From a virus: 64,000 nucleotides of DNA. Below, piece after piece: positions 1 through 10,497 of this stretch. How positions within the stretch are numbered: the stretch's first letter is position 1; each line of letters starts with the position of its first letter. The stretch spans positions 1 through 64,000 of the IMG/VR virus record IMGVR_UViG_3300025978_000012. The stretch is one strand, 5' to 3'. A program made the translations under genes and the position numbers. The notes below the pieces were generated by a model. That model saw nothing but the letters and a program-made list of their open reading frames with translations, ran no database searches and was not told the DNA's origin.

Positions 1-398
1 ACAACACCTTCTGCTGAAATTTTCTGACCAACTCTAGCAGAAAATGGGACAAAATGTATACTACCGTCAGGGGCGAGAACGCCTCCTATATATGCACTTG
101 TAGTCGTGTATGCCAATGCATAGGTACTAACAACACCTGTTGCTGAAATTTTCTGACCTACAGCGGCAGCATTAGGCACAAAATGTATACTACCATCAGC
201 GGCGAGAACACCTCCCGAATATGCACCTGATGATGTGGTATATACTAATGCATACGTACTTACAACACCTTCTGCTGAAATTTTCTGACCAACTCTAGCA
301 TAAAATGGGACAAAGTGAATGTCACCATCGGGGGCGAGAACGCCGCCTATATATGCACTTGTAGTCGTATATGTCAATGAATATGTACTAACAACACC
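1..398 (-). repeat. Tandem coding repeats of 129/132/129 bp (GVVSTYxLxYTTxxAYxGGVLAxDGxIHFVPxxAxVGQKISA)
   Basis: acaacacc recurs at 1, 130, 262 and 391; the units at 1 and 262 are near-identical. Confidence 0.9.
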
Positions 399-1268
399 CT
401 CTGAGCCCGATGGTATTGTTATATCTATTTCAGCTAGTTTAACCCATTCATTTGTACCGACATAATTATATTTGTATACTCCTGTTGCCGCTACTCCAAA
501 AATAGTATTGAATGCGTCTAGTGCTGCATCCGTATTCGGCGGCTTTAGCGTAAATGTCGATTGAATCCCCGTCCCATTGCCCGTAAGAACAATGTAATTA
601 CCAGAAATTGATGCCATTGTACGACCTGTCGCCGCATTGATCGCCGCGATTATCTCCGCCTTCGTCGTCGCGTTGGGAACCGCTCCCCTACAATCAATTT
701 CCTGAAAACTGCCATCTTCTCCATCAGCAATATTCAATAAATATTTAATCGATAAATCTATAGTCGTCGCTATCGCCACCGTGCCCGTCAATATCCCTGC
801 TGTCGCCGCCGTCGGCGTCGTAGTCCCCATCTGCTTCCTAACAGACAAATAATGCTTAATGTCGCGCTTGATTGCAGTATTGGTTAGAACAACATTTGCA
901 CCGGAAAGAGAACCTATAACCGCATAATCATCTTTATCAACAGTAGAAACAATTTGCGCTTCTATTATATCCGTTCGTTCCGAGGCCGCATCAAGCGTTA
1001 CCGTTTGATCTGATGGTTGAAGACATGGAATTATATCATCTCCAATTCTTTGAAAAATATTTCCAGCCGAAACAATAATAGACATATTTCCGGCTGATGG
1101 AATAGTTCGTAAACCATTACCAATAATAAGAGCTTTTCCACTATCTATTAAAGATATTTTTGCAAATATTCCTAAATTACGAAAAAATATATCACCGATG
1201 CGTTTTATTATTTCATCGTATTCCAACTCCTGTTCATCAACTATATTTACGGTTCGAATATCTCTCAT
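1..1268 (-). CDS. Tail fibre/receptor-binding protein, partial (runs off left edge), with 43-44 aa propeller-like repeats
   Basis: Not in ORF track because no stop in window. ATG at 1268 overlaps the TGA of the upstream gene (MRDIRTVNIVDEQ...). The same frame reads as clean repeats at 1-398. Follows baseplate genes. Confidence 0.75.
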   Translation of the reverse strand, partial: MRDIRTVNIVDEQELEYDEIIKRIGDIFFRNLGIFAKISLIDSGKALIIGNGLRTIPSAGNMSIIVSAGNIFQRIGDDIIPCLQPSDQTVTLDAASERTDIIEAQIVSTVDKDDYAVIGSLSGANVVLTNTAIKRDIKHYLSVRKQMGTTTPTAATAGILTGTVAIATTIDLSIKYLLNIADGEDGSFQEIDCRGAVPNATTKAEIIAAINAATGRTMASISGNYIVLTGNGTGIQSTFTLKPPNTDAALDAFNTIFGVAATGVYKYNYVGTNEWVKLAEIDITIPSGSEGVVSTYSLTYTTTSAYIGGVLAPDGDIHFVPFYARVGQKISAEGVVSTYALVYTTSSGAYSGGVLAADGSIHFVPNAAAVGQKISATGVVSTYALAYTTTSAYIGGVLAPDGSIHFVPFSARVGQKISAEGV

Positions 1269-1885
1269 GGATTTCGTATCTCCAAAATATAACTAATTCC
1301 CGCTGCTACCATTATGGCTAAAATATTATAAATAGTATATAAATCACTGCTTAATGTTCCATGCAAAATAATTTTAAATGTAAAATAATAACTATCGAAA
1401 TCTCCTGCTATATCTGGCAATACCATTTGCGCGGTATCTTCCGCATTTAAACTTGCATAAGAAAAATCAGCATACGCACTCGCCGTATATGCCAATTCTA
1501 TCACTGGTTCAACAGTTGAATATGGCCGCAAGACATAAATAATCGAAGCCCGTGATACCTTCGGCTGCAAAACTGTTGCTATGGTCCGCGCTATCCATTG
1601 AGCGTCTGATTCTCCGGTTAATCTCAAACTATTGAAAAATTGTTCAAGTTGATATATTAAGAATTCGCCGGACGTTTGATTAATATAAATTTGTTTTACT
1701 AAATCAATTGACAATCTTCGCAAATATTCAATTTGACTTGTAATTGCACCAAGTTTAATATCAGTCGGAACATTTATTGTTACAGGATTTATTCCATCTT
1801 TATCGCAAATCAAACTTTTATAGATATCGTCATTTTCGATATCAAATAAAGCATCCAAATTATTATTTATTCTATCAGTAATCAT
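1265..1885 (-). CDS. Putative baseplate wedge protein (gpI-like position)
   Basis: 206 aa between baseplate J and fibre; RLTGESDAQWIARTI resembles the R-x-x-GE-x-D motif of wedge proteins. Confidence 0.6.
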   Translation of the reverse strand: MITDRINNNLDALFDIENDDIYKSLICDKDGINPVTINVPTDIKLGAITSQIEYLRRLSIDLVKQIYINQTSGEFLIYQLEQFFNSLRLTGESDAQWIARTIATVLQPKVSRASIIYVLRPYSTVEPVIELAYTASAYADFSYASLNAEDTAQMVLPDIAGDFDSYYFTFKIILHGTLSSDLYTIYNILAIMVAAGISYILEIRNP

Positions 1886-1888
1886 TTT

Positions 1889-3307
1889 TTATACATTTGT
1901 CGCGATAACCATTGTGACTGTTACCGTTCCACCCGTCCCGGCCCCGGTTTTTGCAAATTCATTTTTGTCAATTGATATATTCGCAACAGGACTCGTAATT
2001 ACTGCGTCATAAACGGCCGCATTAGAATTTTTTGATACTCTAATTATTTCACTGAGAAGAACATCTTCGCCTAATTTTCTTGTATTTATATATTGTTCAA
2101 TTGCCGTTTGAACATCCACTTGAATTGTTATTAGATCAACATTTATTGTCGGCAATCGATATATCGTTATTCCAACGTTTACATCAACAATGGTAGGAAC
2201 AGAAATTGCGTATTCAATTCCCTCGCAATTTTTACCGGGATAATTCGTCAAATCATTTGGATCGCCATATAAAACTTTTTCAATTTCTGCAAGTAGTGGC
2301 GCAGAAATAGTTCCAGTCCCGGTATCGACAATAATTGTATTTGCACCTTTAAATGGATATGCCGAACGAATGCCAACCGACCGAACACCGGATACGGCTT
2401 TTATTGCCGCAATTATTCCAGCACCAGTGCCCGCATTCAGCGCGTTTACCGTTTCAGAAAAACGTTGTTTTCTTTGAGTATCTGTTTCTTCATCTGATCC
2501 GCCTGAAAAAGCCGCGTCATTTATACATTGTTCAACGCCATCAACAGAAGAATTTATAAATCCCTTTCCATTTAATGTATCAATAGCATTAATTGAAATA
2601 TTCCCAATTATTCCAGTTTGGCTAATTTGCGCTAGACATTGCACCCCTGATGTCCCTGCTGAAATAGTGGCATTTGTTGTAGTTAAAATTTGGATGGTAT
2701 CAACAGACACCGAAAACCCGGCAATAATATCGATTGCAAGATCGGTTGAAAGCATCACATCAAATCCAGCTTCATATAAATAATTTAATGAACCAGAATA
2801 TGCCTCTTGACTTGTATATTGATAAATGCTTGTTGATGGAACACTTTTTATTAATGTTGCTTCCCAATTTGGAAAAGCATTAATTGCGGCGGAGAGTAGT
2901 GCTGTTGTTGGATATGTCCCGTATGTCAACGTGAAGGCGTCTCCTGGTGCCCCCACAACTGCTGCTGATATTTGAGTAGCGGTTGAAGTAATTAAAGCTG
3001 ATGTTCCAGAACCAATATATTTAATCCAAAATGTTGGTTTTCGATATGGTCGAATATATCCACTTGCCGATACTGCTGTTAATTTTGGAAAACCAAAACC
3101 TTGATATAATGCAATTGGAATTGCATTATATAATCCCTCTTTGAAATCCATTGATATACTGCCAATTAAATCACTATTAGATTCAAGGAGACTTCTTACT
3201 TTTGACCCTTGATTGAAATCAGTTAAGCCAACAGAATCAGCAAGAATTTTATTTCGAAATAATTCATAAAGCTGTTGAGAAGTATATACTTTTAGGATAT
3301 CAGCCAT
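1889..3307 (-). CDS. Baseplate J-like wedge protein
   Basis: TDFNQGSKVRSLLE N-terminus, GGSDEETDTQRKQRF motif, LGEDVLLSEII C-terminus. Confidence 0.85.
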   Translation of the reverse strand: MADILKVYTSQQLYELFRNKILADSVGLTDFNQGSKVRSLLESNSDLIGSISMDFKEGLYNAIPIALYQGFGFPKLTAVSASGYIRPYRKPTFWIKYIGSGTSALITSTATQISAAVVGAPGDAFTLTYGTYPTTALLSAAINAFPNWEATLIKSVPSTSIYQYTSQEAYSGSLNYLYEAGFDVMLSTDLAIDIIAGFSVSVDTIQILTTTNATISAGTSGVQCLAQISQTGIIGNISINAIDTLNGKGFINSSVDGVEQCINDAAFSGGSDEETDTQRKQRFSETVNALNAGTGAGIIAAIKAVSGVRSVGIRSAYPFKGANTIIVDTGTGTISAPLLAEIEKVLYGDPNDLTNYPGKNCEGIEYAISVPTIVDVNVGITIYRLPTINVDLITIQVDVQTAIEQYINTRKLGEDVLLSEIIRVSKNSNAAVYDAVITSPVANISIDKNEFAKTGAGTGGTVTVTMVIATNV

Positions 3308-5085
3308 TATATGACAACCTCTCTATTTTCTTCTCCAATAAAATAAATTGTTGATTGAGTTGTAATGGTTTCTCCATCAATTTTTATTTTTTTCAAATCC
3401 ATTTTTGCACTTTCTACTCTTGGGTCTTCTTGCATCTGAGAAATCAGGTCTGTTAAATATCTGTCTATTTTTACCAAAAATGGGGCATTGCTTTCATCGA
3501 TTGCAACGGTTCCCCAATTTGGGTTAAATACATTAAGACTTCCTTTCCTATTTGTCATTCTTTTTAAAACGCTATTATATGCATTTTCTATCCCATCGGT
3601 TACGCGTAAATCTCCTTTAGGAGATATGAGTAATCTATCGTTTATGTCTGTTGCAATATCGCTTCCGTATAAAAATTTCTGTATATCATTTTGATTCGAT
3701 TCATAAACAAGATTTTCATCACTACGACTTACTGCGCTTATATCGATGGGAATTTTTATTTTTTGACCGATAAGCGTTCCGTCGATAAAATCATTTTCTG
3801 ATATTTGATTTATCTTTAGAATGCTTACAAATTTATTTGCATCCTTTAGTTCATGAAGCGCGACAGTCCGTGCGGTGTCACCGTCGGTTACTTCATAAAA
3901 ATAGAAAGTAGTATTGTTTTCTACAATATTTTCATCGGCGGAATCAAATTGTTCAGTAGTTAGCGTATAATCATCGGCATTCGCATAGTAACGAATTTCA
4001 TCTTGTTTTACTATTGAATTTATAACGCCTTGCAGTGAATCAGCATATATTTTTAATTTTTGGATTAAATTATAAAATGAAAAAAGTTCAAGACTTACAA
4101 CTTCATCAATTGTCAATGTTCCAGCAAAATATAATATTTGATTCGCGTCCGATAAAAATGTTGAAATGAAATCAATCAATAAATTAGCGGTATTCGTTGC
4201 CAATGCAGCAGTATAAATCGGAATTTCAGTCAATACAGTAGATTGTCCGGCCTGTATTTTTTCGTTTTCAGTATTTATATTATTTATCGTATTTTGTATG
4301 TCAACTGTAGCTGAAACAAAATCTGTATTATATGAAATGGCAATTTGTATCGCCGCAAATTTATCGTTAAAATTAAGATTTTGAATTTGTGAATTTATAG
4401 TATTAACGCTATCGTTTGAGCTTTGTTTTATCTGAATTACTGGAATTATTTTTTGCATTGTGTCTGGTTCATAACATTCAAGTTCAATTGAATATTCAAC
4501 AGCTATATATTTCGAATCAGTTTGATTTCCTGAAAAATTAGATATTTTGCAAAAAAAATGATCGTCCATATCATAATCATGAAAAATCAATTTTATTTCG
4601 TCATACAATCCACCTAATTTTCGAACCATATTTCGGGCAATTTTTCTATATAATACTATTATTTCAGGACTTTCAGACATCGGAATAATGGGAATATTCA
4701 TTTTCGAATTTCGTGACATTGTATAATCACGATACCTTATCAGCATCCATCTAAGCTTGAAGAATTCCGTCATTCCGTCAATAGTCCCCTCTAATCCAAC
4801 ATTATTTGGGGCGACTGGATTATACGGACTTCCGATATATGGAAAATATAAATCTCCGGTTAATGTTATTTTTTTTGTTGAATTCCCACCATCAGTAAGA
4901 TAATTTCCTCCGAGCGTAGGCATGACAGTGGAACGAGTTCCTTCGGAAATATTCTTTGTTTTCGGCGGTATCATGAAAAAAATTTCGGTAATTGTATTTC
5001 GATTTTTGTCTACGAATTCAAATGAATACAAACCGTATAGCGTGAAAACACCATATATGTGTTGACTCAAGATAGGAAGATTCAC
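3307..5085 (-). CDS. Baseplate protein with tube-initiator-like N-terminus, LysM-like region and gp25-like C-terminus
   Basis: YEVTDGDTARTVA...LIGQKIKIP is LysM-like; GDLRVTDGIENA...NPNWG...EDPRVES is gp25-like. Confidence 0.6.
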   Translation of the reverse strand: MNLPILSQHIYGVFTLYGLYSFEFVDKNRNTITEIFFMIPPKTKNISEGTRSTVMPTLGGNYLTDGGNSTKKITLTGDLYFPYIGSPYNPVAPNNVGLEGTIDGMTEFFKLRWMLIRYRDYTMSRNSKMNIPIIPMSESPEIIVLYRKIARNMVRKLGGLYDEIKLIFHDYDMDDHFFCKISNFSGNQTDSKYIAVEYSIELECYEPDTMQKIIPVIQIKQSSNDSVNTINSQIQNLNFNDKFAAIQIAISYNTDFVSATVDIQNTINNINTENEKIQAGQSTVLTEIPIYTAALATNTANLLIDFISTFLSDANQILYFAGTLTIDEVVSLELFSFYNLIQKLKIYADSLQGVINSIVKQDEIRYYANADDYTLTTEQFDSADENIVENNTTFYFYEVTDGDTARTVALHELKDANKFVSILKINQISENDFIDGTLIGQKIKIPIDISAVSRSDENLVYESNQNDIQKFLYGSDIATDINDRLLISPKGDLRVTDGIENAYNSVLKRMTNRKGSLNVFNPNWGTVAIDESNAPFLVKIDRYLTDLISQMQEDPRVESAKMDLKKIKIDGETITTQSTIYFIGEENREVVI

Positions 5086-5164
5086 GATTTATCCTCGCTT
5101 TATCTGCCTATTTAATGGCGTTTAGTAAAAATTATATGATATTAAAAAATTTGTCAACGTATAT

Positions 5165-5539
5165 TTATTGCGCTTTTACTTTAGTTTGACCGGCACTGGT
5201 TATTTCAACATTAACGGGAAATGAACATGCTAAAGAAGTTGAACTGTCGGTCCCATTTATTACAATACCATTTTTTTTATCATTAACACGCAAAACTTCA
5301 CCATTCTCGCATTTCACTTTTATTGCGGTTGGCATTATTGAATCAGAAACGGGCGAACCCTGAATACATGTTCCATTAGAGCATCCAATTATTTGTATAT
5401 TTAATTGTTGTTTATATATACCATTGCCGCCAGCTTTGCATTTTGTACTTGGAGAACTGGTTATTGTAGCTGTTCCGGGTGCTGAACATCCGGTAATTGT
5501 TAAAGTGCATCCTTGAACTGCAATCTCTTTTGCGGGCAT
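5165..5539 (-). CDS. Putative spike tip protein (PAAR/CIS spike-tip-like)
   Basis: 124 aa, Cys-rich and beta-rich, two K-x-K-x-x-x-G repeats, directly after the spike gene. Confidence 0.6.
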   Translation of the reverse strand: MPAKEIAVQGCTLTITGCSAPGTATITSSPSTKCKAGGNGIYKQQLNIQIIGCSNGTCIQGSPVSDSIMPTAIKVKCENGEVLRVNDKKNGIVINGTDSSTSLACSFPVNVEITSAGQTKVKAQ

Positions 5540-6309
5540 TATACGTCTACCGTCAAGTTTCCGCTATTAACATTTAATTGACCCGTTGTTGTTATTTTGA
5601 CATCGGCCTGACTTGTTATTTCTGTATTATCCGTTGAATTGATAATTACTTTTGCGCTTCCATCAAATTTTATTTCATCTGTTGCAGTAATAGTAAATTT
5701 TGCCTGACTTTTGAGCTCAAAATCGGATATTGTTTCAATTGTCCCTTTTTGTTGTGCAGTTATTTTTAAATCAGTATCAATATCAATTTCGAAATCAGCA
5801 ATTGTATATAAATAAAATGTACCCGGTGTTTTTGTCGATGGACTTTTTCCAGTACTAAAAACTAAATATGATCCTGATTGATGCCCTAAAATAATATCTT
5901 CAGGATGAAATTCAAGATTTTGAAGAGGTGTCATATATTTTGACTCATGTGATGTATTTCCTACACCTTGATACGGAAAACGCTGCACAACAAACGGATT
6001 ATTCATATTACCATTTTCAAATGCGACTGCTACCATTTGATTTGCTATCGGACCTTCATACAATCCATGCAAATTACCACTTACCGGATCAATGAACGCT
6101 CCGGGATATGCGACATTTGTTACTTCGCCTCCTCTCGAAAATTTAATATTTACTAAAGTTTGTTGATGCAACGGTTCGGGTAATGTTGATTTTATTTCTC
6201 CCATTACAATTTGAAAACATTCATGATTAAGATCACGAAAAATATTTTCATATTGATTTCTAACATGAGTATCTTTTCCAAGATTTCGGGTTATTCTTCC
6301 TTGTCTCAT
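5539..6309 (-). CDS. Baseplate central spike (gpV/gp5-like)
   Basis: OB-fold motif P-x-x-x-QMVAVAFENG-x-x-x-x-PFV, followed by a repetitive beta-helix C-terminus. Confidence 0.75.
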   Translation of the reverse strand: MRQGRITRNLGKDTHVRNQYENIFRDLNHECFQIVMGEIKSTLPEPLHQQTLVNIKFSRGGEVTNVAYPGAFIDPVSGNLHGLYEGPIANQMVAVAFENGNMNNPFVVQRFPYQGVGNTSHESKYMTPLQNLEFHPEDIILGHQSGSYLVFSTGKSPSTKTPGTFYLYTIADFEIDIDTDLKITAQQKGTIETISDFELKSQAKFTITATDEIKFDGSAKVIINSTDNTEITSQADVKITTTGQLNVNSGNLTVDV

Positions 6310-6313
6310 TTTA

Positions 6314-8083
6314 TCATACCATTTTTAAAGCTTCACGGACAGCCCGAAGTACGGCAAATTCACCATCCATTTTTCCAGATATCGGTGGTAAAATTTCAAA
6401 ATCAAAAAGCAATAATGCAGTCTGCGCTACACTTGTTGGCATTGGAACACCGCGAATTAAATTTAATGTTGTAGTAAAATTTATTGATTCTTCATTTAAA
6501 GCATAATTATGAGATAATGAATTTATATAATATATTCCGATATCTCGCAAGTTTTCGGGTTTTTTACCTGATAATGATGGAAGGTATAAACAATACATTC
6601 CTGGCCGTGCGTATGGTATACCCTTACATGTTACCATGCCCTCCCGAAAACGAGATTGATTCCTAAACCATGTTGCCAATAAATTACTAAGAGATGATTT
6701 TGACATCAGTTGAAGCGGTATTCCAATTTTATTTTTAGCGATACGCCCCATACTCCCGGAAGTGGAACCCATAAGTAAAGAATTTGCCGGATCAATTGAT
6801 TGAAACATTTCGACTATTCCGAACGTACCGATTCCACCACTTGCAAATGGATTAAGCGGACCTATAGACGGGATACCTTTGTCGGTAACGTCCATCATCG
6901 ATCCGCCAGCGGCCTTTGATTCATATCGAGTATGAAAAACAGTACATTGATTAATGCTATCTTGTCCGAGACTTTTTTCCAATATCATGTCATCGGTAAT
7001 GATTATAAAATCACCCCCCAGCAACATTGCAATTGACGTTAAATCGTATGGCAATGTTTCCATTATACATGCCGGATTTACAATTCCTAAAAGTGGGTTG
7101 CTATAAGGGGCGGATCGAGCAACGACATAATTAAATCCGGGGAACAGAAATCCCGGTACACCAAATGGTTCTGTAACCATCGTTCGTCCGCCAGATTCTG
7201 TGTAAAATTCCATCCACGGATTCGGAATTAAATTTTTCAGGAACGACCAAAGAGATTGAAGTCCTCCGCCTTTAGAATGCATCATAAACATTTGTACATC
7301 CGCAAACATATTCATGGCAAAAGAAAAATTTGCTATTGCTCCAACAGGACTTGGTGTCGCTAACAATCTAAATGTTAGAGGAAAACCGTCACTACAAGTA
7401 ATTGAATTACTTAATGATGTTAATGTAAATGCATTTATTATTGATAAAATTGCTGTCGAAAGCGGAACGCCTTGTGTTACAGCGACAGAGGCCATTGCGG
7501 ATTTTAACGCATCTGCAATATTTGTCTGCATACTATCAGCGGTTATAGTATCTAATGATAGTGTATTTCTGTTATATAAATTACCTAATTCATCAACGAT
7601 AATGGAATAACTTACTTCCTTGCTGTCATTAGATATGCTAGAATTTCTGATACACGAACGGACCGTTCCCATTGTAACGTGATACCCATTAATCCATAAT
7701 TGGCATAAAGTAAATGGTTTAAATAAATCTTCAAGATCAACGCCTAAATCTCCCCAAATTTTCGAATAAATATTACCAGAAAATTTATTTATCATATTGA
7801 CAATAGATTGAATTACCATCGCATCGGGAGTAATTTCAAATGTCAATATCCCGGCCGGATTGTCTCGATCTTTTGTCCATATGAAATTTGAAATTATTTT
7901 ATTGACATCCGTTCCTAAAATTTCTATAGGAACAAATGGCAATCCAAAAGGACTGAATAACAATTGTATTCGTGGAACAAATGTATCGGTAGGATTGGCA
8001 TATTCAAGACCGGCCTCAACGCCAGCAGTAAATATAATCTTTTTTTGATACGTTAATGTATTCTGAGAAAATAATGATTCCAT
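6314..8083 (-). CDS. Baseplate hub protein
   Basis: Position after tape measure; C-terminal G-x-P-x-ARPG...YYINSLSHNY...FTTTLNLIRG hub motif. Confidence 0.7.
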   Translation of the reverse strand: MESLFSQNTLTYQKKIIFTAGVEAGLEYANPTDTFVPRIQLLFSPFGLPFVPIEILGTDVNKIISNFIWTKDRDNPAGILTFEITPDAMVIQSIVNMINKFSGNIYSKIWGDLGVDLEDLFKPFTLCQLWINGYHVTMGTVRSCIRNSSISNDSKEVSYSIIVDELGNLYNRNTLSLDTITADSMQTNIADALKSAMASVAVTQGVPLSTAILSIINAFTLTSLSNSITCSDGFPLTFRLLATPSPVGAIANFSFAMNMFADVQMFMMHSKGGGLQSLWSFLKNLIPNPWMEFYTESGGRTMVTEPFGVPGFLFPGFNYVVARSAPYSNPLLGIVNPACIMETLPYDLTSIAMLLGGDFIIITDDMILEKSLGQDSINQCTVFHTRYESKAAGGSMMDVTDKGIPSIGPLNPFASGGIGTFGIVEMFQSIDPANSLLMGSTSGSMGRIAKNKIGIPLQLMSKSSLSNLLATWFRNQSRFREGMVTCKGIPYARPGMYCLYLPSLSGKKPENLRDIGIYYINSLSHNYALNEESINFTTTLNLIRGVPMPTSVAQTALLLFDFEILPPISGKMDGEFAVLRAVREALKMV

Positions 8084-9694
8084 TTAATTTTCGGTTATAA
8101 GTTTCCAAAAATTCATTTTTCCGCCAGATGATGATTTTTTAATTGCATTTGTTAAATAATCAAGTGCGGCTCCTGCGTTTTCAGCAGCTTTGCCCATAAG
8201 TACTACTCCCTTAACCGCAAGTGGAGCAGCCCCATCCGCCATTTTTAATAATACTTTTTCCATTTTCATTGTTGTTTCTGCGAATTTATCACCATATTTA
8301 AACATAAGATTTTCTCTGGCGATTTGTCGTTGTGCGCCCGTTCCCGCCTCTGATCCTACAACCTCCGCTGTTTTTATTCCTCTAATTGCCGCTCCCTTTG
8401 TTGTTAAATCTCCTTTTTTTTCTTGTGCGGTTTGCCACAATGTACTTAATTGCGATTGTTTCAATGATCCTCCCATATAATCATTTATTGTGCTATATTG
8501 TTGAAATCCTTTTGCCCCAGCTCCGTATTGAGTTTGAATTTTTTTTATCATTGCCATTTGTAATTCTTCGGGAGCAGTTTCGGCAGTAGTTTTTTTGAAT
8601 AGTGTATGCGCGGCATTGGTTCCTATTGATTTTTGTATATCTTCATATCCCGCCCCTGTTTTTAATTGCATTAATTTTTTTTCTTGATCTTCGTCTATGT
8701 ATCCCGTTTTTTTAAGTTCAGCAATATATTTTTCTTTTCCTGATCCGGTTAATTTTTGAGTTAAAATATCTTTCGACGCTTGCGCGGCATACATTCCCTC
8801 TAAACTTTCTCCCATTTTTCCGCGTTCAAGTGGCTCTTTAACAGATTTAAATTTATTTATTATTTCAAATGCTGCTCCAACACTTTTTCCCGGCGTTCGC
8901 ATTGCAATTGCAGAAATTTCTTTCCCAATATTTTTCGCCATATCAGATGCATTGACTCCATCCCTAATCGCCTCTTCTAATATATTTGATAATCCGGTCA
9001 TGAACATTGGCATTTCGGATTGTATTCCAGCACCCATCCCCTGATTTATTGTTTGTGCATAATTTCCACCAGCACGTTTAAATACACCTGCTTGCCCCAT
9101 CGTTTCCTCTAAAGAAGTTCCATAAATAGTTGATAAATCCATTGCAGCTTTATTCGGAGTTCTTCCTTTTTGGAATTCTCCGGTAGATGTGGCATATGAT
9201 TTCATCCCGCGCCCAACTTCAGTTGCTCCAAAAATTTTACCTGCCGATCTTTGGAATCCAGTAAGACCAACATTTCCTAATTGTTCGCTTGTTTTTTCAA
9301 TATAAGCATTTCCAATTTGATTTATTTTTTGCGTAGCAAATCCTAATGCGGCAATTAATCCGCCTATTCCAAGACCTACCCCTGCACCAATTTTACTTAT
9401 TCCACTTCCTCCGCCAACATCTTCGCCTCCCCCCGAACCCGGCAAGTGGGGACCGGTCCGCCCCCCTCCCATACCTCCCTTAATGGATTCTTCTAAATTT
9501 TTATTAGAATTCACAAGACTTTGAATAGAGGAATTCAATACTTTAATTGAATTCATCATTTCATTTGAGAAAATATCAGAAAATGATCCTGATGATTTTA
9601 TTGATTTTTGAGATTGTAACACCTTTTGACGTGTCGCGGTGGAAGCTTTTCCTATTCCAGCATATTCGAATTTTATTTTATAATCATTCGCCAT
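8084..9694 (-). CDS. Tape measure protein (short, 536 aa)
   Basis: Ala/Gly/Lys-rich helical protein with a hydrophobic Gly-rich segment, between chaperones and hub. Confidence 0.7.
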   Translation of the reverse strand: MANDYKIKFEYAGIGKASTATRQKVLQSQKSIKSSGSFSDIFSNEMMNSIKVLNSSIQSLVNSNKNLEESIKGGMGGGRTGPHLPGSGGGEDVGGGSGISKIGAGVGLGIGGLIAALGFATQKINQIGNAYIEKTSEQLGNVGLTGFQRSAGKIFGATEVGRGMKSYATSTGEFQKGRTPNKAAMDLSTIYGTSLEETMGQAGVFKRAGGNYAQTINQGMGAGIQSEMPMFMTGLSNILEEAIRDGVNASDMAKNIGKEISAIAMRTPGKSVGAAFEIINKFKSVKEPLERGKMGESLEGMYAAQASKDILTQKLTGSGKEKYIAELKKTGYIDEDQEKKLMQLKTGAGYEDIQKSIGTNAAHTLFKKTTAETAPEELQMAMIKKIQTQYGAGAKGFQQYSTINDYMGGSLKQSQLSTLWQTAQEKKGDLTTKGAAIRGIKTAEVVGSEAGTGAQRQIARENLMFKYGDKFAETTMKMEKVLLKMADGAAPLAVKGVVLMGKAAENAGAALDYLTNAIKKSSSGGKMNFWKLITEN

Positions 9695-10109
9695 TTTTAA
9701 TCAGTCCTTTCCCCTGGAGCATATCCCATACTTTTTTTTGTTGTGCTTGTTTCTTATTAATATCAATTTCGGACATTCCTTCGGGACGGGGTGGAATTGC
9801 TTTTTCTTCTTTTATTCCGAATAATTTATTTAATTCTTTTATTTTTCTTTCTTTTTCTTCTTTTAGTCTTTCTTTTTTTAATTCTTCTATATTCCGACCC
9901 TGAATTTTAGATATATCAAGATCAGATTGAGATAACGCTATAGTAGTTTGTTTTTTTATTTCAAATAATTTTGTTTTATATTCTGTTTGAACCGTCCAAT
10001 CGTCAAAAGATGGAATTTTACCCATTAAATAAATTAAAAATATTTTTTGTTCGTCAAATAAATTATTCTGGTCTATCCCTATCGGAAATATTTTAAAATG
10101 TTTTATCAA
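9684..10109 (-). CDS. Tail assembly chaperone second ORF (GT-like extension, probably reached by frameshift)
   Basis: TTG start with no clear RBS; frame open back to the A9 run at the end of the upstream chaperone. Confidence 0.6.
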   Translation of the reverse strand: MIKHFKIFPIGIDQNNLFDEQKIFLIYLMGKIPSFDDWTVQTEYKTKLFEIKKQTTIALSQSDLDISKIQGRNIEELKKERLKEEKERKIKELNKLFGIKEEKAIPPRPEGMSEIDINKKQAQQKKVWDMLQGKGLIKNGE

Positions 10110-10146
10110 AAATCCATCAACAAAATATTGTGGATCGTCTGATTCT

Positions 10147-10497
10147 TCAAACAGGTTTATTTTTTTTTAAAGCCTCCTCTATGTCGGAAGTGTGTTTTCG
10201 TATTTTTTCGGCAAGTTCGTTTATAAGGGTTATATCATCCCATTTCAAACAACTGTCATTTTTATTATATGGAAAGTCTTTTGGCAATTCATCTGTACAA
10301 ACGTCAACTATACCAATATTCTCGAAATAATAAAATTCATCGCGTGTTAATGCTTCAACGGATTTACCGTCTTGCAAATTCATTCTTCGTTGTGTTATTT
10401 TAACCCGATCAAGCGGAGAAATAAATTTTATTTTAAAATTAAATCCTTGAACCGATACTGTTTTGTATTTTTCGTCGTCGAGATTTAAAAGATTCAT
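10147..10497 (-). CDS. Tail assembly chaperone (G-like)
   Basis: 116 aa between tube and tape measure; ends ...ALKKN at an A9 run. Confidence 0.7.
   Translation of the reverse strand: MNLLNLDDEKYKTVSVQGFNFKIKFISPLDRVKITQRRMNLQDGKSVEALTRDEFYYFENIGIVDVCTDELPKDFPYNKNDSCLKWDDITLINELAEKIRKHTSDIEEALKKNKPV

Noticed and set aside
1-398. CRISPR array or DGR in the left-end repeats
   Set aside because: Units are 129-132 bp, contiguous, codon-multiple and protein-coding, with no unique spacers
10147-10175. Canonical -1 frameshift at T TTA AAA / A AAA AAA
   Set aside because: The -1 frame meets TAA immediately; only the +1/-2 frame reaches the next ORF
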